A stretch of 64,000 bases of DNA from Clostridia bacterium (GCA_900752335.1 CAADUZ010000023.1:28927-92926); one strand, 5' to 3'. Positions 26,621 through 35,495 are shown, counted from the stretch's first letter. The notes: a model not told the origin generated them from the sequence alone. Translations and numbers: made by a program.

Positions 26621-27395
26621 AGCACCACCCCCAGTTGTCAGTCTCACAAGCTAAAAGCTGTGGAAATAATATGTATACATCAAAGAGTAAAAGGTGGCAA
26701 CACACTCCGCTTATTCTCATTTCCTATGCTATCTACTATACTATATTTTTTTACAAAAAACAAGCGAACATAGTAAAGTTTTACAAATAATTTTATATGT
26801 TGTCCGTTTCTATTTCTTAATATTTTATGCTAGTTCAAAAATTAAGATAAGGTGCTTTATCTTGGGTTTATTTATAATTAAATAAACTTATATATATTAA
26901 AATAAATTCTTATTATTGGCTCAAATATAGAATAAATGAACTATGTATATAAAATTCTAATTTTATTATGCTAATAAGCTCAATGTTTTCAATAGTTCAC
27001 GGCGTCTACTTTTTAAAATGTTGTAAATTATTATATAAATTTTCATGTGATTATTTTTCTTTTCTAATATTATTATAATTTTTTGAAAGAGAAGGCTGGA
27101 GTATCTGATATAAGCCAAGTTCACTAATTCGCATAATTGCTTTTAAGGCATTTAAAATCGTGCAGACATAAAGTTATATTCCTAAAAAATAAAAAAGCCT
27201 TAAAATGGATTCTAGCAGGTCTGTTTGCTATTCACTAACTATAATTTTTGTGTTACAATTTAGAAAAGTTATAAAATATAATTTTATCTGTTTTTAATTA
27301 AATTTTATATAGTTATTTGAGTAATTTTTATATTATAAAAAACAAAAACGGTCTTTTTCTATCCTAAAAAAGAGCCGTTTTACAAATATTATATT

Positions 27396-28133
27396 TTAAT
27401 TCAAATATTCGCTAATGTCTTTACCTCCAGATATGTTTTTAAATAGTTCTTTTACACATATCTTAAATTCATCTCCTAATTTGTCAAATGCATCAAAAAA
27501 CTCGTTTATATCACTCCTTTTTTGTGTAGCTTTGTCAAATGCATCTAAATATCTATCTAAATTATTGAAATTAGTTTTATTTTTTTCCTCTAATCCTTCA
27601 ATAGCTGAAATTTCAGTCTTAAAAATTTCGACTGCCTCTTTTGTATTATTATAATATTTTCTGAGTTTTTTAAAATCTATATCATTAATTCTATATGTAT
27701 ATGTTGCAATTTCAATCTCGTCCATGTAACCGCCAAAATTATCATTTATTTTTTGATATAAATTAGTGGAAATCTTTTCTTCCATTTCATTTATTTGCTC
27801 TTGCTTAATTTTTTGCTTTTCTATTTCTTTTTGTTCTTGTATTTGTCTTTCTCTTTCTTCTTCAATAATTTCCTTAACCGTTTTTTCTAGTAATAGTGAA
27901 TTATCATTTCTCTTAATTGCTTCATTATACAATTTTTTTTCCTCATCAGTTAGCTTACTATTTGTTACTTTTTCATTGGTTTCATCTCCTGTATATTTTT
28001 GATTTAATACATTACTGAAAAATAAAAAAATACATATAATTGCTATTATAAATATAATGCTAAATATAGTTACTAATGTTATAATAAATTTATTTTTCTT
28101 TTTTCTCTCCATTTTATTTTCAATTCCTTTCAA
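27396..28133 (-). CDS. membrane-anchored coiled-coil protein
   Basis: 245 aa with an N-terminal TM and a Glu/Lys-rich coiled coil. No family recognised. Confidence 0.5.
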   Translation of the reverse strand: MKGIENKMERKKKNKFIITLVTIFSIIFIIAIICIFLFFSNVLNQKYTGDETNEKVTNSKLTDEEKKLYNEAIKRNDNSLLLEKTVKEIIEEERERQIQEQKEIEKQKIKQEQINEMEEKISTNLYQKINDNFGGYMDEIEIATYTYRINDIDFKKLRKYYNNTKEAVEIFKTEISAIEGLEEKNKTNFNNLDRYLDAFDKATQKRSDINEFFDAFDKLGDEFKICVKELFKNISGGKDISEYLN

Positions 28134-28134
28134 T

Positions 28135-28440
28135 TCATTTTATAATTTTTTTCTTAGCCTCAATTCTTAAAATCTTACTTTTTACAATAATTACTATATC
28201 TATAAAAATAATTGGTAATATAATAAAAAATATCCATACCATATTATTGAATTCGAATGCACTTTGAAAATCTAAAATCAACAAACTCTTTACTGCTCTT
28301 GTCATTCCACACAGAGGACAGCCAGTACATTGAAAATGACTAAAAAAGGATAAATACAAAAATGCAATAGTTAATATCAAATAGCTTATTAATCGTGCAT
28401 TTTGGAAATCATAATCATTTATTGTCTCTTTTATTTTCAT
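28135..28440 (-). CDS. DUF2752-like membrane protein
   Basis: 101 aa with the CTGCPLCGMTRA motif characteristic of DUF2752, plus two TMs. Confidence 0.6.
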   Translation of the reverse strand: MKIKETINDYDFQNARLISYLILTIAFLYLSFFSHFQCTGCPLCGMTRAVKSLLILDFQSAFEFNNMVWIFFIILPIIFIDIVIIVKSKILRIEAKKKIIK

Positions 28441-28819
28441 ATTCTACTTTACTCGCTAAATTTATAAAACTTCCTATTAAACTTAGTAATGGGAAAATCA
28501 TAATTATAATATAACAACATACTGTTGTAGATAAAAATAATACACATAATATAAATAATATTATTGTACTTAACAATATAATTGATACTTTGTATAATTT
28601 TGCTACTTCTTTAAATATTTTTCCTTTTAAAAATAATATAGATATAATAATTATTATTGAGCTATTTAGTATTACAATTATTGCATCTACAATAATTTCA
28701 ATATTAGTACGAATGTCATTACCTACAAATTGGTAATATAAAATAAAAATAATCATCGAAAATATTGTTAAAATATTTCCTATTAAACAAAGGAATGTTC
28801 CTGTTTTACCTGATTTCAT
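28415..28819 (-). CDS. polytopic membrane protein
   Basis: About 134 aa from ATG 28819 (AAGGAGAG upstream), with four predicted TMs. Confidence 0.5.
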   Translation of the reverse strand: MKSGKTGTFLCLIGNILTIFSMIIFILYYQFVGNDIRTNIEIIVDAIIVILNSSIIIIISILFLKGKIFKEVAKLYKVSIILLSTIILFILCVLFLSTTVCCYIIIMIFPLLSLIGSFINLASKVEYENKRDNK

Positions 28820-28832
28820 ATCTAATCTCTCC

Positions 28833-29282
28833 TTATTCATTTATAAATCTAGTTATTCTCGCAGAATTAAAAGAAAGTGTGTGTTTATCATTTTCAACTT
28901 CTGTAGCAATTTCTTTTAATAAATCCGAAGTGTAATCAAGATAACCAACAGATAAATCTGTTGCCTCAGTATTATATAAATTTCCTATATTAGTATCAAT
29001 TTTATTATCATGCAATTCCCAAACTTCTTTAAAAGTATGGTCTTTTCCTTGTTCATCTTCAAAGCTATACTGTATAATACAATAGTCACTCTCTTTGTTT
29101 ATTTTTACACTTATAATCTTAAAGCTATCTTTATATTTTAAATATTTATTTCTTTCTTGTGCCCAATCTATAATAATTTTCTCATCATCACTAGGGGTAT
29201 TGTAAAAATAAAGGCTAACTCCTAATGATGTTAGAACTACTATTATTAGAGAAATTATCCAAATTATTTTAATTTTTTTCAA
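28833..29282 (-). CDS. membrane-anchored hypothetical protein
   Basis: 149 aa. TTG start with AGGAGGA 7 nt upstream. N-terminal TM. Confidence 0.5.
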   Translation of the reverse strand: MKKIKIIWIISLIIVVLTSLGVSLYFYNTPSDDEKIIIDWAQERNKYLKYKDSFKIISVKINKESDYCIIQYSFEDEQGKDHTFKEVWELHDNKIDTNIGNLYNTEATDLSVGYLDYTSDLLKEIATEVENDKHTLSFNSARITRFINE

Positions 29283-29294
29283 TTTATTTTCCTC

Positions 29295-29876
29295 CTAGTT
29301 TTCTTGATATATAATAGAGTCTAATATATCATTAAATTCTTTTATTGGCTCTCCCTTTGGATATGTCACACCCATATAAATTATGCCTGCTCTATTTTGT
29401 ATAATATAAATATCTTCTGTAAATGCTCCTGTTTCATACTCTAATAATGTGCAATTAATAGGTTGGATTTTAGATATAGTTGTTTCTTCTCTTTTTATAA
29501 AAGTACTATTATTAAAAGATTCTCTTGTTTGTATATAATTTTGAATTTCTACTTCTTTATTATATGAGATATTTGGACTATCAGGTATATTACAAAAAAA
29601 TTCACTCCCTGCAATTTTAGGATATTCTAAATTAATCTCAGAATAATTGCCTATTGTTGGCTTTTTCAATTCTTTACTATATTTAAACTCAATTCCATAA
29701 GCCTCATTTTTATATGTTTCTAAATTAGAGTTTTCTTCTTCTGCAACATTCCCCACGTTATTATTATTGATTCCATTGTCTTCTTTTTCTCTATTTTGTA
29801 ACATTAAGACTACTGCAAAAATAACAATTATTAATATAACCAGTAAAACTATATATTTCATAATTTTATTTTTCAT
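29295..29876 (-). CDS. membrane-anchored hypothetical protein
   Basis: 193 aa with an N-terminal TM. AAGGAG lies upstream of the start. Confidence 0.5.
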   Translation of the reverse strand: MKNKIMKYIVLLVILIIVIFAVVLMLQNREKEDNGINNNNVGNVAEEENSNLETYKNEAYGIEFKYSKELKKPTIGNYSEINLEYPKIAGSEFFCNIPDSPNISYNKEVEIQNYIQTRESFNNSTFIKREETTISKIQPINCTLLEYETGAFTEDIYIIQNRAGIIYMGVTYPKGEPIKEFNDILDSIIYQEN

Positions 29877-29968
29877 TTTTTAAACATCTCCTTTTTAAAA
29901 TTAAATAATTATATTTTTTCCATTTTCTTTACTAATTTTTAATTCAATTTCTTTTATATTCTTTTGTT

Positions 29969-30265
29969 TCAAATATTTTTTAACATCTTTTTCTTAATTG
30001 ATTCAAATTCATTTTGCGTAATTGTTCCATTATCTGCTAATTTTTTGAACCTTTCTAGTTCGGCAGAATTATATAATATTTTATTTTCCTTTGTTTTATC
30101 TTTTTGTAATGCAACTATTAATAATCCTATTAAACCTAAGATAAATCCACACCAGAATCCAGTCCAATAAGAGTAACCTTTGTTATCATTAATACTTCCG
30201 CTAATTAGTCCAAAAACAAGTCCTATAAATAAATAACTAAAAATGATTATCCAAAAAATGTCCAT
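29969..30265 (-). CDS. SHOCT-domain membrane protein
   Basis: 98 aa with two TMs and a C-terminal ELERFKKLADNGTITQNEFESIKKKML (SHOCT-type short C-terminal domain). GGGAGGTG lies upstream. Confidence 0.6.
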   Translation of the reverse strand: MDIFWIIIFSYLFIGLVFGLISGSINDNKGYSYWTGFWCGFILGLIGLLIVALQKDKTKENKILYNSAELERFKKLADNGTITQNEFESIKKKMLKNI

Positions 30266-30482
30266 TTTTTAACACCTCCCTTTTATTTTCATTGCAATTT
30301 TGATTCAAACAATACTTACAATAACTTGTGCCGAAATATAGTTTGTTTTCACACTTTTTCTCTGTTTTACCCTCTAAATTTTCCACTTCCAGTCTTAAAT
30401 ATTCTTTGGCTGTATATTTGTCATCACTTAACAAACAACTTCTTATTCTATTTAAAACCTCTAAAAATCTTGTGTTTTCCAT
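30237..30482 (-). CDS. Cys-rich hypothetical protein
   Basis: 81 aa from ATG 30482 (AAAGGAG upstream). Contains CKYCLNQNC. Confidence 0.4.
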   Translation of the reverse strand: MENTRFLEVLNRIRSCLLSDDKYTAKEYLRLEVENLEGKTEKKCENKLYFGTSYCKYCLNQNCNENKREVLKNGHFLDNHF

Positions 30483-30602
30483 TCTTTTGCTCCTTTTCAA
30501 ATTCGTGAAAATTATATCATTTTTCACTCTCACTTGCAAGTGCTACCACCCATAAGTGTTATATAGTAAAATACCTAAAAATAAGCAATATGAGGTGGTA
30601 CA

Positions 30603-30822
30603 ATGATTAAATTAAATGTAGAAAAATTATTGAAGGAACAAAATAAAACTAAAACTTGGTTATGCGACCAGTTAGATATATCATTTTATAATCTTAATAA
30701 AGCCATAAAACCACGGTAAGAAAAGTATTTCATATAAGTATTTAGAAGGTTTTTGTAGAGCTTTAAATTGCAGTTTTAATGATTTAATGTCAATAACCGA
30801 TGACGACAAAGAAGTGAATTAA
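30603..30822 (+). pseudogene. small HTH (XRE/YozG-like) regulator, frameshifted
   Basis: MIKLNVEKLLKEQNKTKTWLCDQLDISFYNLNKAIKPR-stop. It continues in another frame as GKKSISYKYLEGFCRALNCSFNDLMSITDDDKEVN. One extra base lies near 30713-30717. Confidence 0.65.
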
Positions 30823-31055
30823 TTCTTTCCATAAAGAACATTGTTCATTTCTTTGTTTATTTTTTTCTCTATTTTCTTTGCTTTTTCGCTATCTTTTCCA
30901 TATTTTTCTTGTATCTTTTTGTATTCAACCATTAAATAATAAATTTTATTATTTAGAATTTTATCTATATTTTCTATTGCTCTATCTGTATTTCCATACC
31001 TTAAATCCGCTTCAATTTTTTCTAAAATATCTATTGCTATCAAATTTTCTATCAT
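30819..31055 (-). CDS. hypothetical 78-aa protein
   Basis: ORF with a plausible RBS (AAAGAGGGG upstream). No family recognised. Confidence 0.4.
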   Translation of the reverse strand: MIENLIAIDILEKIEADLRYGNTDRAIENIDKILNNKIYYLMVEYKKIQEKYGKDSEKAKKIEKKINKEMNNVLYGKN

Positions 31056-31170
31056 TTTTTACCCCTCTTTTTACAACGTATTACCTATCGTCTAATCTGT
31101 GCAACGATTATATACCAAAACTATTGTAAAATCAATTCATATTTAATAAAAAATTGGAGATAATACATTT

Positions 31171-31431
31171 ATGAATAATGGAAATAAATACAATGGAAAA
31201 TTAAATGTAATTGGTTTAAAAATAAAATATTATAGAGAGAAAAATGGTTGGTCTTTATCTGAATTATCAAATAGGCTAATGTTGCAAGGTATAGATATCC
31301 CTAAATCGTCATTGCAACGAATGGAAACTGGAGGTAGAGCAATACGAGATTATGAACTTGCTGGATTCTCAAAAGTTTTCAAGGTTTCTCCAAATATTCT
31401 TTTAAAGGATTTCTTGGAAGAAATCGAATAA
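31171..31431 (+). CDS. XRE-family HTH regulator
   Basis: 86 aa: IGLKIKYYREKNGWSLSELSNRLMLQGIDIPKSSLQRMETG, a typical HTH_3. Confidence 0.7.
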   Translation: MNNGNKYNGKLNVIGLKIKYYREKNGWSLSELSNRLMLQGIDIPKSSLQRMETGGRAIRDYELAGFSKVFKVSPNILLKDFLEEIE

Positions 31432-31574
31432 AGATTCTACTGTATTTATATAGTAGTTTCTTTTTTTGGCTAGGAGAGTACAGGTGCATATACCAAATAT
31501 ACTAAAAACTTCTTATTGGATAACTTAAAATAGGGGGGGACAAAAAGAACTAGCGATGTGCTAGCCCTCATTTT

Positions 31575-31841
31575 TTACTGCTGTATATCGATTTCAACTT
31601 CTTTGTATTTAATTAATATGTGCCATTTATTTATTATTTTAATTTTACTTACATTTTGTAAATTAACTATAATGTTTTTGTAATCTCCGTTTGAAAACAT
31701 TATTTTTCTTTTGTCTATTATAATTTTTGCATTTTCTAAAAATAAAGTAGTATTAATTATTCCATTTATTGCTATTTGTATATTAACATTTTTATAATGT
31801 TTTAAAAGTATGTACTTTAACTTATTATATTGAATTAACAT
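31575..31841 (-). CDS. hypothetical 88-aa protein
   Basis: ORF overlapping the upstream gene by 7 nt. A CTAGC/GCTAG hairpin terminator follows at about 31546-31575. Confidence 0.4.
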   Translation of the reverse strand: MLIQYNKLKYILLKHYKNVNIQIAINGIINTTLFLENAKIIIDKRKIMFSNGDYKNIIVNLQNVSKIKIINKWHILIKYKEVEIDIQQ

Positions 31842-32017
31842 CTTTTTATCCCTCTTTCCTTTAGTATAGCATAAAAGCTCGTCTTTCCTATCTTTAATGT
31901 CGAATATGTCTCAACTCCTGACTGTTCTCCATTCAAATACTTTTTCAATTCTTCTTGTAGTTTAGTTTCATTTATTACTAGTTTTGGTCTACCGACTTTG
32001 TTTTTTACCTTTTCCAT
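31835..32017 (-). CDS. small HTH DNA-binding protein (Hin/excisionase-like)
   Basis: 60 aa: GRPKLVINE...IGKTSFYAILKERG. It lies immediately downstream of the recombinase. Confidence 0.5.
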   Translation of the reverse strand: MEKVKNKVGRPKLVINETKLQEELKKYLNGEQSGVETYSTLKIGKTSFYAILKERGIKRC

Positions 32018-32036
32018 TTCTTTTTTTACCTCTTTT

Positions 32037-32885
32037 CTATAAAATATTAATTCTTTCTTTTATTTCTTCTTGTGAAGGATTTACATATATTTCTGTTGTT
32101 CTTGTACTTGCATGTCCTCCTATCATTGCTATTTCAATAAGCGAAAAGCCTTTTTTTTGCATATTAGTAAAGCAATAATGCCTTCCTCCGTGAGGTGTCA
32201 AAACACTCGAATATTTATTGAATATCTGATTTATTCTGCTACGACTTACTTTTTTTGACTGTCTACTGACAAACAAATATGAGCTGTCGCTTTTTCTTTC
32301 TTTTAGATATTCTTTTATTGCCTCCACGACTTTGTCGTTCATAAAAACTGTTCTAACTTTTCCGCCTTTTCCGTTTCTTACTATTATTTCTTTACTTGTC
32401 AAGTCAAAATCTGTCATTTGAATATTTAAGCACTCACTAATACGCAAACCTACATAAACAATTATAGTTACTATTGCATAGTCTCTTTTTGTCTCATTTT
32501 CTAATATCTGTTGTCTAAATCTTTCTATGTCTGATGCGTTTACCTTACACGGATTTATATGTTGCTTTTGTATTTTAATAAAATCGTTATCATTTAAAAC
32601 AATGTCTTGTTGTATTTCACTATCTACTAAATATTTGTTATATTTCATTATTGCTGATAAGTTAGCATTAATTGTTTCCGCTTTTAGTGTTTGTCCTTTT
32701 TTCGTTTTCTTTATATTTCGTAAGTAGCTTTTGTAATCTAATACATTAGGTCTATATATTTTTTTCAATTCCTCGCCTGTTGTATCTTTATACCATTTTT
32801 TAAAATTTTCTATGTTTTGTATGTAAGTTTGTATTGTGTTTTGTGATTTGTTTTGTTCTGATAAATAATTTTTAAAATCTTCCAT
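32037..32885 (-). CDS. tyrosine recombinase (XerC/D-like), second recombinase of the element
   Basis: 282 aa from ATG 32885 (AAAGGAGTGG upstream). Catalytic set visible: GLRISE (R), GKGGKVR (K), HGGRH (H-x-x-R), GGHAS (H), TEIY (Y). Confidence 0.8.
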   Translation of the reverse strand: MEDFKNYLSEQNKSQNTIQTYIQNIENFKKWYKDTTGEELKKIYRPNVLDYKSYLRNIKKTKKGQTLKAETINANLSAIMKYNKYLVDSEIQQDIVLNDNDFIKIQKQHINPCKVNASDIERFRQQILENETKRDYAIVTIIVYVGLRISECLNIQMTDFDLTSKEIIVRNGKGGKVRTVFMNDKVVEAIKEYLKERKSDSSYLFVSRQSKKVSRSRINQIFNKYSSVLTPHGGRHYCFTNMQKKGFSLIEIAMIGGHASTRTTEIYVNPSQEEIKERINIL

Positions 32886-33077
32886 TCGTTCCACTCCTTT
32901 CTGTGTAATTATGTTTAACTTGTTTTTTATACTTTTATATGTAATTATGCTTAACTCAATATATGAATTATACAAGTTTTAGCATTCTAGCTCAACATAA
33001 TTGACATTATGATAAACTCATTTTATTTTTTGGTTTAGGCTACTATATAATGTATAAGAAAACATAGTAGCCTTATT

Positions 33078-33140
33078 TTATCTTTTGCCCATTCCGCCTT
33101 TTAAAAGTAAAATAATAATATATATAATTATTAACGCCAT
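33078..33140 (-). CDS. 20-aa hydrophobic micropeptide (tentative)
   Basis: MALIIIYIIILLLKGGMGKR. GGAGG lies 7 nt upstream of the ATG, 18 nt after the previous stop. The hairpin AGGCTACTAT...ATAGTAGCCT (33040-33076) follows. Confidence 0.35.
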   Translation of the reverse strand: MALIIIYIIILLLKGGMGKR

Positions 33141-33158
33141 TCTTTTTCCTCCGTTTCT

Positions 33159-33410
33159 TTAATTTTCTTCTGTATCATTTAATATCATACTAACTTCGTC
33201 ATTTATTTCATCGTCAAAAATTGTGCTATGTCTTTTTAATATTTTTTTGATTTCTTCTAGTTCATTGTCACAAATGTAATTATTAAATTCAAAAAGTCCA
33301 TATCTTACATAAATATATAATGCAACATCAAATTCGTCATCATAAGAAGTTTGCCAAATATCATCTAACTTATTTATTATTGTTTCAATTCTTTTTCTTT
33401 CCATTTTCAA
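33159..33410 (-). CDS. acidic hypothetical 83-aa protein
   Basis: ORF in an operon with 33426-33965. No family recognised. Confidence 0.45.
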   Translation of the reverse strand: MKMERKRIETIINKLDDIWQTSYDDEFDVALYIYVRYGLFEFNNYICDNELEEIKKILKRHSTIFDDEINDEVSMILNDTEEN

Positions 33411-33425
33411 AAATTTCCTTTCTTA

Positions 33426-33965
33426 TTAATAATAGCAAGTCATTAAGTCATCTTGTCCATTCCATAAACTACAAAAGCCAAAACTATCAATATTTATGTA
33501 TAATGTCCCATTTTGTAATCCATTCACTCGTTTTACTGCTCCTTTTTCATTATCGACTATAAAATGGCTATTCTTCAAAAATGAGTTTTTTACTGGTCTA
33601 ACCTTGTAACTATCTAAGCCTGTTGTTTCTGCGATTTCGTATGCAATTTCTTTTATTACTACTTGTTTTGTGCCTTTTAAGGCTACCACCTGAAAATAGT
33701 TTGCGTTTGTTTGTTCGTAGCCCCAAGAAAAGTGAAAAATGTCGCCAACTTTTACACCCAAATAATTTTTTTGTTCTTTTTTTGCTATTTCTGTGTAGCT
33801 TAATTTCCTGTACCAACATTTTTTAGTATTGTGCCACCTGTAGCCATTCTTTTTTAATTCTTTTATTATGTCATATTGTGGCTTTTGCTCAAAGTATAAT
33901 TCCTCCCCCTGTTTTTCTTCATTTGTAATAATTTTGCAATTTTTTTTGATTTCTTCTAATTGCAT
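33426..33965 (-). CDS. hypothetical protein
   Basis: 179 aa from ATG 33965 (AGGTAGGTG upstream). Contains KELKKNGYRWHNTKKCWYR. The candidate promoter TTGACA-17-TAACAT lies at rc 34153-34181. Confidence 0.5.
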   Translation of the reverse strand: MQLEEIKKNCKIITNEEKQGEELYFEQKPQYDIIKELKKNGYRWHNTKKCWYRKLSYTEIAKKEQKNYLGVKVGDIFHFSWGYEQTNANYFQVVALKGTKQVVIKEIAYEIAETTGLDSYKVRPVKNSFLKNSHFIVDNEKGAVKRVNGLQNGTLYINIDSFGFCSLWNGQDDLMTCYY

Positions 33966-35495
33966 AATAAAAACACCTACCTTTCTATAAAATATTTTCA
34001 AAATACCTATTGAAAGATAAGTGCAAAATGTGTTATTATATAAATGTAAATATCTTTCAAAGGTATTTCGATGTAGCTTTTATATATGTTTGAAGTTTGG
34101 CGACCGATAACATATATAAAAGTATTTTTTTGTTCTTTATGAACTATAAAGATGTTACCATATTTCTCAAAAAATGTCAATACGAAAATCAAATATTTCC
34201 TTACAGCCTCAACGATTTTAAGTTTTGAACATTGTCAAATTAAAGCACAAGTTTTCGTATATAATATCGCAAATTTTCTGTTATCCAGCGAATTTGAAAT
34301 TTAAGTGTTTTTTATTATTATGCAAGCAAAAATAAGTATATATTACATATATTATTACTTTTAATATTAATATCATATAGCAAATCAAATAAGTATTATT
34401 TAGTACATTTATGAAATCATTATTTTAAAACAAAAAGATAATAAAGTCATAATAATATAAGTCTTTTATTTTTAATGTTCTTGCAACTTTTAAAGTTTAA
34501 ATCTGAAAATCATAAACAGGCAATAGAATATAAGTATTTCAACTATTGGCTGTTTAAAAGTTAGAAAAATAAATAGAATCTTCATATCTTAATTGTTTTA
34601 ATATTCTTTTTCTTCTTCATTTATTACCGTTGTTAGTTTTTAGCATATTTATAACACTATTTTTTGCATTTATATCTGTAGAATAATAAAAAAATTAAAT
34701 ACGCATTGTATAGTGGAATATCAAGTTCATAGAAATAGAATAACTATAATGTAGCAAAGCCATTATAGTATTTCATAGTATAATTGGCTCTTGCAGAAAC
34801 TCAAAAACTCTACAGTATTTTGACATTTAGTACAATACCACTTTTTTGAATTTTTTGCACATAGATTCTATAAACTACATATAATTATAAAAAAACATAG
34901 TAGTATATATTACTGAAGGTTTTTATTTTTCACAAATGTAGCTCTTATATAAATACGATTTACTATTATAAAAACAGTGTTTCAATTCTTATAAATTATT
35001 ACTTTCTAACAACACAACAAACTCCATATAACTCTTGCTAATTCCATTTTTTATACTTTTAAATTGATTTACAAAAGTTAGTAGTATTATTTAATACAAA
35101 TGCTACAGCAATTGTTTTTGGTTACAATAACAGTATTACAATTATTTTTATTATTTATCTACTTTTCAATAACTCTTTTTAGGCAAATCAACAAAAACAA
35201 AGTATAATAAAAATTATCGTTCATAAAATGTGTAAAAGTCTATAAGTATTTTGGATATTATTGCAGATGTAGATTCCAATGTTATATGCTAAATTTCAAT
35301 TTTTGAACTATAATAAAAGTTGTCTTATTATTGCAAATACTTTAACTACAAATAATATTATATTTTATAAATTTTAAAACACACACATTAAAAAATTCCA
35401 TTTTTCAACTTTTTGTAAATTTAAAAAAATGAAAATTTAAAAATATAGGAGCTAGTCATAATAAATATGTACTAAATAGCCCCTATATTTTAATA

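Noticed and set aside
26511-26720. 69-aa minus-strand ORF (MRISGVCC...) overlapping toxin 2.
   Set aside because: It starts at the ATG inside the conserved leader AGGAAATGAGAA with essentially no SD spacing. In module 1 the equivalent frame stops after 13 codons, so the long frame is not conserved. The 38-aa hydrophobic ORF with a strong SD is the conserved feature.
34007-34192. 61-aa minus-strand ORF upstream of the 33965 operon.
   Set aside because: It has no RBS and an Ile/Tyr/Phe-rich chance composition. It overlaps the predicted promoter (34153-34181) of the downstream operon.
34193-35495. Possibility of a CRISPR array or tandem-repeat array in the long non-coding tract.
   Set aside because: I found no regularly spaced repeats of 20 nt or more, only scattered 8-9-mers at irregular spacing. 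No cas genes are in the window.
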